This document shows, piece by piece, positions 22,974 to 34,276 of a stretch of 64,000 bases of DNA. Every line of letters starts with the position of its first letter. The stretch's first letter is position 1. The DNA is taken from the NCBI RefSeq assembly GCF_000143415.4, contig NW_003314269.1, positions 1,220,623-1,284,622 on the forward strand, written 5' to 3'. Below the pieces are notes generated by a model, which ran no database searches, was not told the origin of the DNA, and was given only the letters and a program-made list of their open reading frames with translations. This DNA is from Selaginella moellendorffii. Taxonomy: Eukaryota; Plantae; Lycopodiophyta. Position numbers and translations under genes: made by a program.

Positions 22974-25206
22974 CTATCCTTTAAGAACCGGAGCACTCAG
23001 GTAGACTTTTGTGTTGCTGTATTCGTCCAGCAACGGATTAAAGCCACTCTTGGTCTTGACTTGGTTCACGTACGCAAAGCGGCTCATGAAGTTGCTGGAA
23101 CTCATCTGATGGAAATGCAAGAACAGTTAGAAATCGCATTGACGCAACGTTGTCACTTACGATTGCGCTCCCGCGGTAGACTCCAAATTTGTTGGGAACA
23201 ATCTTTCCTTCCGATTGCGATATAGCGCACTCGTTGTCGAGAATGAGAAGCTGATCAAAGTCTGTAGGGAAAAATATGTCCGCTTCTCCCTGTGGTTGAA
23301 TTCAAGCTCTCCTTAAGAAAAAAAATACATTTTTTTCTTTCCAAACCTTTGCATCGAGATATGACGAGTAGTCCGTGGTTACACCATCTTTCTACAAAAA
23401 CGAAGATCAAAAATCGAAAATTGAAAACCATTGACTCCTACTTTGCTTGAAACCAATGGAGCTCCACGTCCAGGAATTTTTACTTCGGGAAGGAAGCTAA
23501 AGTCCGACACCACCATCACCATATTGGGGCGTGCGTAATGAAGAGACTCTAGGAGTTCCTGCCAGAGACGAGAAGCTGATAAGGAGAAACCATCAAGAAA
23601 AGGTCATTACCATGCATCCAGTCGGTATCCACCACTTTTCAGGCGATGGAAGAACCCTGGAGAAAATCGACTTCACTGACTTAGTTAGCTTGCGAACGAC
23701 GTCGACGCTATCGCCATCCCGTTCCTTGCCAAGAATCTCAAGGCAGCGAGAAACCAGCGAGTCTTCTACGGGTCTGTGATGCTCGACAAATCTCGATCTA
23801 GAGGAAATGCTGATCAGCGAAGAAAGGAAGAAAGGATAATGACTTACTCGCTAGAATCATACTGGACGTAAGTTTCCATCCAAGGTGATTTGGAGCTCTC
23901 CCTGAACAGGAGATCATGAGGCATGTTGTCTAAAACCTGTACAGGAGAACTCTGGGTTTAACCATGAAAACACGAGTAGCAAACTGAAGCAGACAACCGG
24001 GATTTCGAGAATAAGATTTGTAAGCAAGAAAGAGAGGGTCATACTGGCAAAGATGCTCCACCTCAAGCATGACGACGTAACAAGGCGACTCGTCCTGCTC
24101 ACCTGTAAAAAAGATATTAAAAAGCAAGTAAAAACGAAAGCATTCCAGACCCCATCCAGATTTATCGCGTGCGTTGCGGCATTCCACCGAGAACTTGTCA
24201 CCGTGCTCCTCCTCTTCGCATAAACGATGACGCTGTTTGTTCGCCAGGCCCTCGCTGACATCTACGGAACTATCTAAATCCATGGAAATCAGCACAGTAA
24301 CTTGCAAAGGTCACTGCCGCAACACTTACGTGTAATGCATCGTCTTGTAGACGTCGCCTTGCCTCTCCCTGATGTAGCCCAGGACGTTGCTCGCGCAAGT
24401 GCCTGTTCCACCTCCAATCTCGTAAATCTACAAAATAAGCTTGTCAGATATCTCGCGCTTTTTCTCTTTTCCAGCTTTCCTACTTTCAGGGGAAATTGCG
24501 GATTCATGGTTTGGAGAATGTACTCCGCGACAGCAAATCCATACCACGGCTGTAGAGAAAAAGAATCAAAGGAAACGATGAGAAAGGTCATGCAGATACT
24601 TCGATTGTTTTACCTGGAAGAGTTCCACTGGAGTAAACCACGACATATCATTCTGCTTGTAGAGCTCGGCTATATGCTTCCTGTACGCGAAACGTCCTGG
24701 AGAAAAGGATAGAAATTAGTCACGAAAGATTTTCCTAGAGAAAGAAGAACTCGAGAAAAAAAAAACACCACCGCTTATCCCACTGAAGTCAAGAGGCTCA
24801 CGCATAGATCCAACAACATCCGGCCTGGACGAGAAGTATCCAAACTTGGGATGATACAAGGCCTGCCTGATGTAATCGCGAACCTGGAAGACGAGACAGC
24901 ATTTTTAAAATCGATCGTCGAGAAGCAAAACGAAAGAAGAAATGCTCCTCATGAAACAAGAAAGAAACGGAAGATCTTACGAGGAGAGGTTTATCTCCAA
25001 TAGCTTCCTCGAATGTCTGTGGCACTGGCACATCTTCGGCGACCTGTGACGCAGCCGATGAGAAATTCCCTGCCAAAGAGAGAAGCGATGATGAGAAAAA
25101 GAAGAATTTGCGATTCCAGCTCAAGAGAAATGCACTTACCGCGCGTGCAAGGAGCTGGCCAGATCGGCGCCTTCGCCGAGCGCCATCGCCTCGCCAGCGC
25201 AAGCAT
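22974..25206 (-). CDS. Mitochondrial SAM-dependent methyltransferase, NDUFAF7/MidA family
   Basis: Presequence-like MLALARRWRS; GDKPLL|VRDYIRQALYHPKFGYFS, WFTPVELFQ|PWYG, IYEIGGGTGTCA, MLEVLDNMPHD, SGFNPLLDEYSNTK. Confidence 0.8.
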
Positions 25207-25310
25207 ATTCCTTTAGGGCTTATGCTTTAGCAAAAGGGCAAAACATTTCTCCCCCCATTTCTAGGGTTTCTTAATTCTAGGGATCCTCGGCAAGAGCGCG
25301 ATCTTGCACC

Positions 25311-26930
25311 ATGGCGACCGCGTCCGTGGCCTTCAAATCCCGCGAGGATCACCGCAAGCAGATGGAGCTGGAGGAGGCGCGCAAGGCAGGGCTAGCGCCG
25401 GCAGAGGTAGACGAAGATGGGAAGGAGATCAATCCCCACATCCCGCAGTACATGTCCTCGGCGCCGTGGTACCTCAACGCGGAGCGCCCCAGTCTCAAGC
25501 ATCAGCGTAAGTGGAAATCCGACCCTAACTACACCAAGGCCTGGTACGAGCGGGGAGCAAAGGTCTTCCAGGCCACCAAATTTCGAAAGGGGGCTTGCCA
25601 GAACTGCGGTGCGATAACGCACGATGTCAAGAGCTGCATGGACAGGCCCCGGAAGATCCAGGCAAAGTGGTCCAACTTACACATTGCCCCGGACGAGAAA
25701 GTGGAGTCTTTCGAGCTGGACTACGATGGGAAGAGGGATCGCTGGAACGGCTACGACCCGCAGACGTTCTCGATGGTGATAAACTACTGGGAGCAGAAGG
25801 ACGAGGCGCGCAACAAGTACCAGAAGGAGCAGCAGCTCAAGAAGCTGGAGCAGAAGCAAAACAATCCGGATGAGAAAGAGAAAGTTGGCGACAGCGACGA
25901 GTCGGACAGCGACGAGGAGGCGGAGGTGGACGAGGCCAAGGTGGACGAGAGCAAGCAGATGGACTTCGCAAAGGTGGAGAAGCGAGTGCGCACCACCGGA
26001 GGAGGCAGCACTGGAACTGTGAGAAACCTGCGTATCAGGGAGGACGTTGCCAAGTATCTCCTCAACTTGGACGTGAACTCGGCCTACTACGATCCCAAGA
26101 CGCGGTCGATGCGAGAGGACCCCCTCCCGGACAGCGATCCAAACGAGAAGTTCTACATGGGCGACAACCAGAACCGGGCCAGCGGCCAGGCGCAGGACTT
26201 CAAGCAGCTCAACATCCACGCGTGGGAGGCTTACGAGAAGGGGCAGGACATCCATCTCCAGGCGGCTCCATCGCAGGCGGAGCTGCTCCACCGGGACTTC
26301 AAAGTCAAGAAGGAGAAGCTCAAGGGGCAGCTCAAGGAGGACATAATGGAGAAGTATGGGAATGCCGCGGCCACGGACAAGCTCCCGGCGGAGCTCCTGC
26401 TCGGGCAGACGGAGAGACAGGTGGAGTACGATCGAGCGGGGCGGATGATCAAGGGGCAGGAGAAGGCTGTCCCGAAGAGCAAGTACGAGGAGGACGTGTT
26501 CATAAACAACCACACCACGGTGTGGGGGTCCTTCTGGAGGGATCACCAGTGGGGATACAAGTGCTGCCGGCAGTTCATCAGGAACAGCTACTGCACCGGC
26601 CAGGCGGGGATCGACGCGGCGGAGGCGTCGGCGGAGCTGATGCGAGCGAATATGGAGATGAAGGAGGCCGTCCAGGAGAAAGCTCCCGTGATTGAGGAGA
26701 AGAACTTGGCGAGCTGGGGGGGAGACGTCGCGGAGGACGTTGTGCTTGACAGGAAGAAGCTCAAGGAGGCGCTCAAGAGGGAGGACGAGCGGCTGCGCGA
26801 GGAGAAGGACGAGCGCAAGAGGAAGTATAATGTGACTTACAGCGACGAGGTGACGGCCGAGGATATGGAGGCGTACAAGATGAAGAAGGTCCACTTTGAT
26901 GATCCCATGAGGGATTTCTTGGGCAAATAG
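25311..26930 (+). CDS. SLU7: Pre-mRNA splicing factor SLU7 (intronless)
   Basis: KEINPHIPQYMSSAPWY, zinc knuckle CQNCGAITHDVKSC, YDGKRDRWNGYD, VRNLRIREDVAKYL, YYDPKTRSMR. Confidence 0.97.
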   Translation: MATASVAFKSREDHRKQMELEEARKAGLAPAEVDEDGKEINPHIPQYMSSAPWYLNAERPSLKHQRKWKSDPNYTKAWYERGAKVFQATKFRKGACQNCGAITHDVKSCMDRPRKIQAKWSNLHIAPDEKVESFELDYDGKRDRWNGYDPQTFSMVINYWEQKDEARNKYQKEQQLKKLEQKQNNPDEKEKVGDSDESDSDEEAEVDEAKVDESKQMDFAKVEKRVRTTGGGSTGTVRNLRIREDVAKYLLNLDVNSAYYDPKTRSMREDPLPDSDPNEKFYMGDNQNRASGQAQDFKQLNIHAWEAYEKGQDIHLQAAPSQAELLHRDFKVKKEKLKGQLKEDIMEKYGNAAATDKLPAELLLGQTERQVEYDRAGRMIKGQEKAVPKSKYEEDVFINNHTTVWGSFWRDHQWGYKCCRQFIRNSYCTGQAGIDAAEASAELMRANMEMKEAVQEKAPVIEEKNLASWGGDVAEDVVLDRKKLKEALKREDERLREEKDERKRKYNVTYSDEVTAEDMEAYKMKKVHFDDPMRDFLGK

Positions 26931-27186
26931 AAATTAAAACTGTAGATAAGCTTGCAGTCATAAAACTATAATCTTTGTATTTTAATTGTGATGCAAGAGA
27001 TGGTCAGAAGTGGTTGTGCAAGAGTTAATTCTGATGTTAATTGATGTTTTCATCCAGAAAAGAGTTATAAATATAAACATAAATATAGAAATAAAACCAT
27101 CTTGTTACTCTTAACATTAAAAATATCAAATAGTATTGTTATATAAACAGGAAACCAATTTTGTAAAATGCATTCAGATTAGTAGA

Positions 27187-28485
27187 ATGGTGAAGCTTGT
27201 TGCAATCGCTTTTGCTGCTTTTTGTTTAGGTTTTGTTTCATGTGTTGTTGAGGGAAACCATCAGGCATTCAAAAGCAAACAATATGAAGGAAGACATCAA
27301 TCATTGTTAAATGCTGATGCAAATTCAGTTGTGCTTCATGTTTATTCAGTGGATGATCCAAATGCTCATCCAAGAGCTGGTGATATTAATTTTAATACTG
27401 TTAGTGCTGCAATTGATTGGATTGCATATAATTCGTCACAACGATATTTGATTTTGATTGGACCAGGAATTTATAGGTAATTTTATTATTTATATAGTTG
27501 ATTTCTTATAATTCTATATATGAAAATAAAAATGCAGAGAGAAAATTACTATACCAAAATTTAAAGATTTTATCCATTTGGCGGGTGTAACACAAAATAT
27601 ATTTGATACGGTGATAGTTTATAATGCAAACCATGGTTCGGCTAATGGTACTGGTAAAAGTGCAACTTTTGATGTTCTTTCAAATTATTTTATTGCTGAA
27701 TATATCACTTTTCAGGTAAAATTTTATTATTATAGTTTTATAACTATTACAAATATAACAATTTTTAAATTTTTTTTTTAGAATGATGCACCATTCGCAA
27801 ATCCAGGAGATATAAATAAGCAAGCAGTTGCTTTGAAATTATCTGGTGATTTTGCAAGGATTTCTAACTGCTTTATTCTCTCTAGTCAGGATACTCTTTT
27901 CGATGACGAGGGTAGGCATTTTTTTCAGAACACATATATAGAGGGAAACATAGACTACATCTTTGGTTCTGGAAGGTCACTTTACGAGGTAAACAATTTA
28001 TTTTTTTTAAAATTTCTCATTCTGTTTCCTTGCACTATAGAAATGTAATCTCATCTCAAATTCCAACGCTACAACGAGTGGCTCTTTGACAGCACAAGGA
28101 AGATCCTCTACCACTGATTTCCCTTCTGGATACTCCTTCCACAATTGCTATATTGGAGGGACAGGAAAGGTCATACTAGGCCGACCTTGGGGAAATGAAG
28201 CATTCGTGGTTTTTATCAATTGTTATATGGAGAGTGTGGTGGATCCCATTGGCTGGGCTCACTGGAACGATGTCCATGGCTCATCTAATAGGTAAAACGT
28301 CACCAAGCAATCATGTTTATTATTTACTTTCGTTTTCTTCCAGCACTGCTTTCTTTGCCGAGTATCAAAATTATGGTCCAGGTTCTTCTACTTCAAAACG
28401 TGTAAATTGGACTACAACTATTACGGAGGACGACGCTAAAGCATTCAGTTCTCTAAGCTTTATAGATGGCCAGATGTGGCTCTGA
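27187..28485 (+). CDS. Pectin methylesterase, paralogue of 783-2043
   Basis: Same intron positions; PGIYR|EKITIPKFKD, QAVAL, QDTLFDD, DYIFG, LGRPW, EYQNYGPG. Confidence 0.92.
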
Positions 28486-28805
28486 TATAATCTAATATTT
28501 TGTTTCTACTTTTAAATTCATGCAAATCTCGTCACCTTTAAATCATGACGTGGGCTACAATTCGGTAAGCCTGTAGCGATCTGGAACAAGGCCACAACCT
28601 GAAAAAGCCTCCACCATGGTTTTCATTTTCAAGCCCATATATTACAAGTCATTAGATCACTAGCAGTCAAACAAAAATCTAAAAAAGCCGCTCTAGAAAA
28701 GCCACTAGTGCTTTGTCTTTATGCTCTCCCTCTAGATATTTAGATCATATACTTTGCTAGATCCCAGTGATGCATCTACATCTCTTGGCGATGTTGCAAG
28801 ACCTG

Positions 28806-31033
28806 TTACTTGACAATGCTCTGCTTTAAGCCATTCTTGGCTCGGCCATGAAGCTCCTGGTGTGTCTTCACCAAAACTTTTGCCGAGGAGCTCGCACTTC
28901 CAAACAGCTCCGGCAAGCAACTCTCGGTACTGCCCAGCGTGAACGAAGCTCTCGATGAGTTGAGCTCTGCGAGTTTCTTCTTCTCTTGATCCACTTGCTG
29001 CCGGAAAAGCTCCAAGGAAGCTCGTTTCTCAGCAAGATTGCCTGGCGCATCCTTTCTACCACCAAGAGCTTTCTTCTCCAAGTTTTTTACGCCTGCCACC
29101 TTCTTGTCCAGATCCTTCACCAGACCAGATACTCGCTTCTGGGCCTTGATTTGTTCCATCTGATACCACTCTATCTTGCTTGCTGCCACTGTTAACTTTC
29201 GTATCACTTGGCCGGAACGCTCCTTAGACAGGTCGTTCAAGGACTTCTCCCATTCCTGGCACAAGAAGTAGATCTCTGGGATGGCCAAGTGCATTACCCG
29301 TGATTTCTTGCGTGACAGACTGTGGAGCTTGTTGAGTTTGGAGATGCTTGCCTTGAGCCACTGCATTATGCTGCTTATGTACTCCTTCTCCTTGGTGATC
29401 AACTCGTTGAGCGAGAAACTCCAAGACAGGAGCGCCAGCTGAAGCTTTTGTGCCGTCTTCCTCTGGCCGGGATTGATCTCCTTTGCTGCTGCTCCTCGAG
29501 GCAGCCTCAAATCAAGAACGGCGGCTCTCTGGCGTTCATGGCAGTCTTGGATGCTTTTCCACATATCGGCAAGCCTGTACGCGCAAGAGAAAGAAGTTTA
29601 AACTCGATACCAGGTTAGCTGAAAGCTTACCCTTGGACGAGCTCGAGAAGCTGGTAATGGAGTTCTTCATTGGTGATCTTCTGGACGGCTGCGGCGGTTG
29701 CTTCCATAGCTTGGACTGCCACGGACATCTGGTTTTCGATGGCTTTGACGTCGGCTCTGGTTCTATCAACAGTCTCATCGTGAACTCTGTTGACATCGTA
29801 TTTGCACAGCAGCTTGCGCTTCTTGTTGAAATCGGCATCGATTGAGTTGAGCGCCTGCGTTACCGTGATCACAAGTTAGTAGAATTCTCTCGTCAAACCA
29901 GGAGACGACAAACTAAGAACTGTTGATCGTGGCTACAGGTGAAAACCGACAGCAAAAAAGTAGAAATGAAAAAAGAAAACAATTCACTAACTAGTGCGTT
30001 CTATAACGAAAGACATAAACTATGCCTCGAGATCTATGAAGCCAACTCTAAAGAAAACTTGCGAAAGATCCATACCTTGACTTCCTCGTAAAGTTTGAGC
30101 TCCCAGGCCGACAATCGCTCGAGAGTGAGCGCCTGACTCCATCCATAGTTGCAATCGGTGACTTGATGGTCTCCATTCTTCCATGTCAATGCTAGACCTA
30201 GCTCTGCGATGCAATCCAAGCAAAGAAACAAAGAGATTTCGAGCTCTTAGATCACTTCCACAGCTGGGATCGAAAAGAAATGCGGGCGCCATACCTCTGC
30301 CGGACTGGAGGATCCCTGCCACAGCGGCTCCGCTCTGCGAAGCCCTAAGAAATTCTTGGTAAACATACCGGAAGATCTTCTCTATTTCGTGGAGAGGAAG
30401 CTCCGCGGGGACGATCGCCAGCCGTCGATCGCCGGGTCCATCGGACGATAGAGACGCCACTGAAGCGTTTGAATCTCTTCTCTCTCGCGTGGCCGGCGAT
30501 GGATTGCTGCAATGGTGCTCGATCTCCCGGATCTTCACGTCGTCACCCTCCATCTCGATCACGGTGTCCTCCTCGTCGTCGCCGCCGTGGATCTCCTTGC
30601 TCGACGAGCAGGCCGCGATCGATTGCTCCACCTGCTGGAAGAAATCGAAGTCCCAGTAGCGAGATGGCAAGCCCGGAGGCGGTGGAGGCGGCTTGATTCC
30701 AGCGAGGAACTCGTCCTCGAGAACTACCCTCTGGGATGCTGTGGGTGTGTACTCGATCGCAAAGCTAGATCTAGCTGGAGCTGGCGCTGCGCGAAACCCA
30801 TCGGTGATCCCGAGCTCTCCCGTGAGGAAATCTTGGAGAGCGCAGCCGGTTCGCGCGAGAGATTGGAGGAACTCGGCGTGAGATTTGGCGAATGCTCGCC
30901 CCGCCTGTGATGCCTGGCGAAGAAGCTCCTTCCTCTGCTTGCATTGCGACACTGCCGCGGAGTAATTGCAGAGATCCTCCTCGTCCCGCGGCTCTTCTCC
31001 AAGATCTTCCGCCTTAGAACAGGGGCATCCCAT
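28806..31033 (-). CDS. DUF630/DUF632 protein (NRG2/APSR1-like)
   Basis: MGCPCSK..AVSQCKQRKELL..FAKSHAEFLQSL (DUF630); poly-Pro then WDFDF; TLERLSAWELKLYEEVK, EELHYQLLELVQG, MWKSIQDCHERQ (DUF632). Confidence 0.88.
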
Positions 31034-31653
31034 TATCCCTCTCTCCTCCTCGATCACCCGATCGATCAATCACCACCCTCGAGAAAACCGCTCGCGATCG
31101 CGCGAATTGGGAGCAATGCTACATCAATGCTGGCTAGAATCGCAACACAAGCGCACAGAATTCTCGCATAGAAACTGCTAGAAGATCTAGATCTGCGAGA
31201 CAACAAGTTGTTTTTCTTTAGTGTTGTGTGTGGTCTCTTCTCCTAGAGGCGCAATGATTTCTCTATGTGGCGGCCATGGCCCCTTAAAAATACCACGCCA
31301 CAGAAAAAAGAATATCCCCCACCACGAGTCTACCCAAGCAAGCAAGCCATCGGAGGAAATATAATAAAGCAATGGTGGCGAAGCAATGAATTATTCCCAT
31401 AGACCGACATTGTGGAGTAGTGCCGGATTCGAAGACCTCGCCAAAGATTTGACAGTGATATTTGTGCTAAACGAACAGCGATTAGTCGTAAATTAAAGCG
31501 CGACAAAAAACTAGTGGGGGGAAGCTTTACAGCTTTTTGCAATCAAACGTGGGCGCTCATGGTTCGATACCCTTTACACCTTCTTGATTTGAAACCTCGA
31601 ATATCCCGAAGTATAAACCAAAAGCATGCCAGCTGTTTCTCTATTTCGGGTAT

Positions 31654-31800
31654 GCCGACGTGGAGGAATCCTAGCTGGCTGGGGGACAACCAGGGCTCAA
31701 TGAGGCGCGGCCGCGTGGCAGCACTGATTAGTATGACACGTGGCAAAGATTTACTCGACGTGGCTATCAGCAAAGCCGTGCTTGGAAGGATAAGTATATA
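31654..31800 (+). promoter_or_regulatory. ABRE/G-box, coupling-element and DRE cluster with TATA upstream of PEX11
   Basis: GCCGACGTGG 31654, CCGCGTGGC 31711, GACACGTGGC 31735, ACGTGGC 31758, TATATA about 31795. Confidence 0.55.
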
Positions 31801-32019
31801 TCATAGGTTTTTACTTTAGTCTCGGCCCTGCATTTTTTCGGTGGCGAGCAAGAGCGCGGGCGGAGGGAGGGCGCTGCGTCGCGGCTAGGGCTCGATCGAT
31901 CGGCGCGGAGCATCAGGTGATATTTTTCGCGAGAGGTTGCTGCTCGGCGCCGAGAAATGCCCCCATCTTTTGGAAATTTCTTGATCTTACTCTGGCGCTC
32001 TGCGTGTCTTGTAGATTAG

Positions 32020-33134
32020 ATGGGGTCTCTAGATGTTGCGAGGGCGGAGGTGGCCTTCTTGGTCATGTACCTCAACAAGGCTGAGAGCAGGGATAAAATT
32101 TGCCGAGCGATCCAGTATGGAGCAAAATTTCTCAGCAATGGTGAGCCAGGTCCGGCGTCTCAAGTCGACAAGTCAACTAGCTTGGCAAGGAAAGTGTTTC
32201 GCCTCCTCAAGGTATGCTTCTTTTTTCTTTCTTAGAAGAACTATTCTCTTCTACGATGGCTTGGCAAAGGTAGTGATGGATTTTTGTTTGCGCAGTACTT
32301 GAACGAGCTGCATGGTCTCATTGCTCCAGCTCCCAAATCGACGCCTCTCCCAATTGTTCTCCTTGGGAAGGTTTGGTTTTTTCTCTCAAGAAAAGTTCCT
32401 GCCGTAGAATTTTGTGTGCTCACCGATTTAGAATGCAGGCTAAAAACGCTTTGGTTGGAACGTTTTTGTTCTTGGATCAACTCGTCTGGGCTGGACGAAC
32501 CGGCATCTATCAGGTTGGTCTTTTTTTTCGTTTGAGTGGACTAACGTAAGCTGCCTTATAGAACAAGGAGCGCCTGGAGCTCATCTCAAGGATATCGTTG
32601 TACTGCTGGATGACTGGATCGTTTTGCACCTCATTGGCTGAGGTAAGCTTGGAATTCGTGAAGGAAGATATCGTGCTTACTCACATCCTTAACCCAGGTG
32701 TCTGAGCTCGGCCGCCTTGCGGCTTCCAGGAGAAAGCTTGAGAGGGAGATTCGGCGATTAAAACAGCAAGGCAACCCGGAGAACGCGCAGCTGGTTTGCA
32801 TCACTTTACACTCGTAGGATGCCATTCTAACGCTCCATTTGCTGGTGACAGAAAGAACAAAAACTCGTCTCTGTGAAACAATCTCACGAGAGAACCTTGA
32901 GCCTTGTCAAGGCTTCTCTGGATATAGTTGTCGCGGTTGGACTTCTTCAGCTTGCTCCAAAAACCGTGACGCCTCGTGTGACTGGAGCTCTGGGTTTTAT
33001 CACCTCATTGATTTCCTGCTACCAGGTCCGATTCACGTCGAAACGTTTTTCACTTTGGCTGATTTTCTTACTTTGAGTTGATTTGTTTGCAGTTGCTTCC
33101 GCCTCCACCGGCCTCGAAGCCCAAGAGTTCGTGA
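32020..33134 (+). CDS. PEX11: Peroxisomal membrane protein PEX11 (c/d/e type)
   Basis: LNKAESRDKICRAIQYGAKF, DKSTSLARKVFRL, VGLLQLAPKTVTPRVTGALGFITSLISCYQ; C-terminal KxKxx (KPKSS); 5'UTR intron. Confidence 0.93.
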
Positions 33135-33635
33135 AAGTGAGCGCCGTGAAGAATCAAAAGGGAAATAATATTGAACTATAAGAACAGGAGTAGTTTCATG
33201 TACCATTTCCGTTAATCACGCCGAATTCTTATCTTTCAAGGTAACTAAAGGTGAGACCGAGAAATAGTAATTGCAAGGACTGCTCGAGCCAGACTAGGCG
33301 TGTTAAAAGTTTTCCAAAGTGGACTACATGCAGCTCTTCGTTCCTTATGTTTTGATATTCAAAGTTGCCGGCATGCAACTTGCCCAGATAGGGCAGCCGG
33401 AGGTACGTTTGTATTATGTTTAATTTGGCCATAGTAACCAAAGCTCGTGGTGTAATCTTTACCATAATCGCTTGCGTCCGAGCATACGCTGTCAATGCTA
33501 GCAAAATTGCCTTTTTAAGAATCTTGGAAGAGACACAATGCCGATAACCCTGAGATTCGTCCCAAATGCCTTAAAAGGGCATTTGGAAATGCGAGTTTTG
33601 AGTGCTCCAAAGTAAGCCACTTTCCCACTCAAGCG

Positions 33636-33659
33636 CACACACATACACACACACACACA
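33636..33659 (+). repeat. (CA)n microsatellite
   Basis: cacacacatacacacacacacaca. Confidence 0.85.
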
Positions 33660-34276
33660 GAGAACAATAGAAAAATAAACAAAGAAAACCAGTGAAATCT
33701 CACAAAAGTACCAGACAATGGTATCTTGCTTCCTGCATGTTAATTTGGCCTATCAAAGAGATTTTAGTAAAAAGGGATTTCTTGTGGGTGTTGTTTGTGT
33801 GACCTAATGGTTTGAGGGGAGAGGGAGCAGCAAAAGGCTGTGTATTAAATGGGGTGGGGTGGTATTTAGGCCAGAGTGGTGGTTCTCTTTTACAAGCAGG
33901 TGGTTGCCAAGAAGACCAAAGGGATTTTTCTGGTATATGTGGGGTTGGTTCCTTTTTTTCTCTTCCTCTTTGGTTTGGTTTTGGGGAGAGAAATTTAGTT
34001 TTTGATTTTGATGATGTGATGAGATGATTGGGAGGAAGCAAGCTTTGTATACGTTGTAGGAAAAGGAGGAAGAAGAAGGAGAGGAAGATCTTAGAACACA
34101 AAAGCTTGGGAAGAGAGGAAAAGGGAGAGGGAGAAGAGAGAGTGTAAGGATTGATTGGATAGCCCAGTTGGGAAGACCTAAAGGCGAGAGCTCCTCCAGG
34201 GCGGGGGAGAATCTTTGGGGAGTTTTTGGATTGCTGGCAATGTAGGTGGGAGCCCATCAATCCGAATTGCGACGAT

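Noticed and set aside
25677-26894. 405-aa antisense ORF
   Set aside because: Shadow of the GC3-rich SLU7 CDS; L/V/H-rich, no motifs
33700-34260. 186-aa minus-strand ORF
   Set aside because: Non-ATG start, compositional bias, lies upstream of the ubinuclein start
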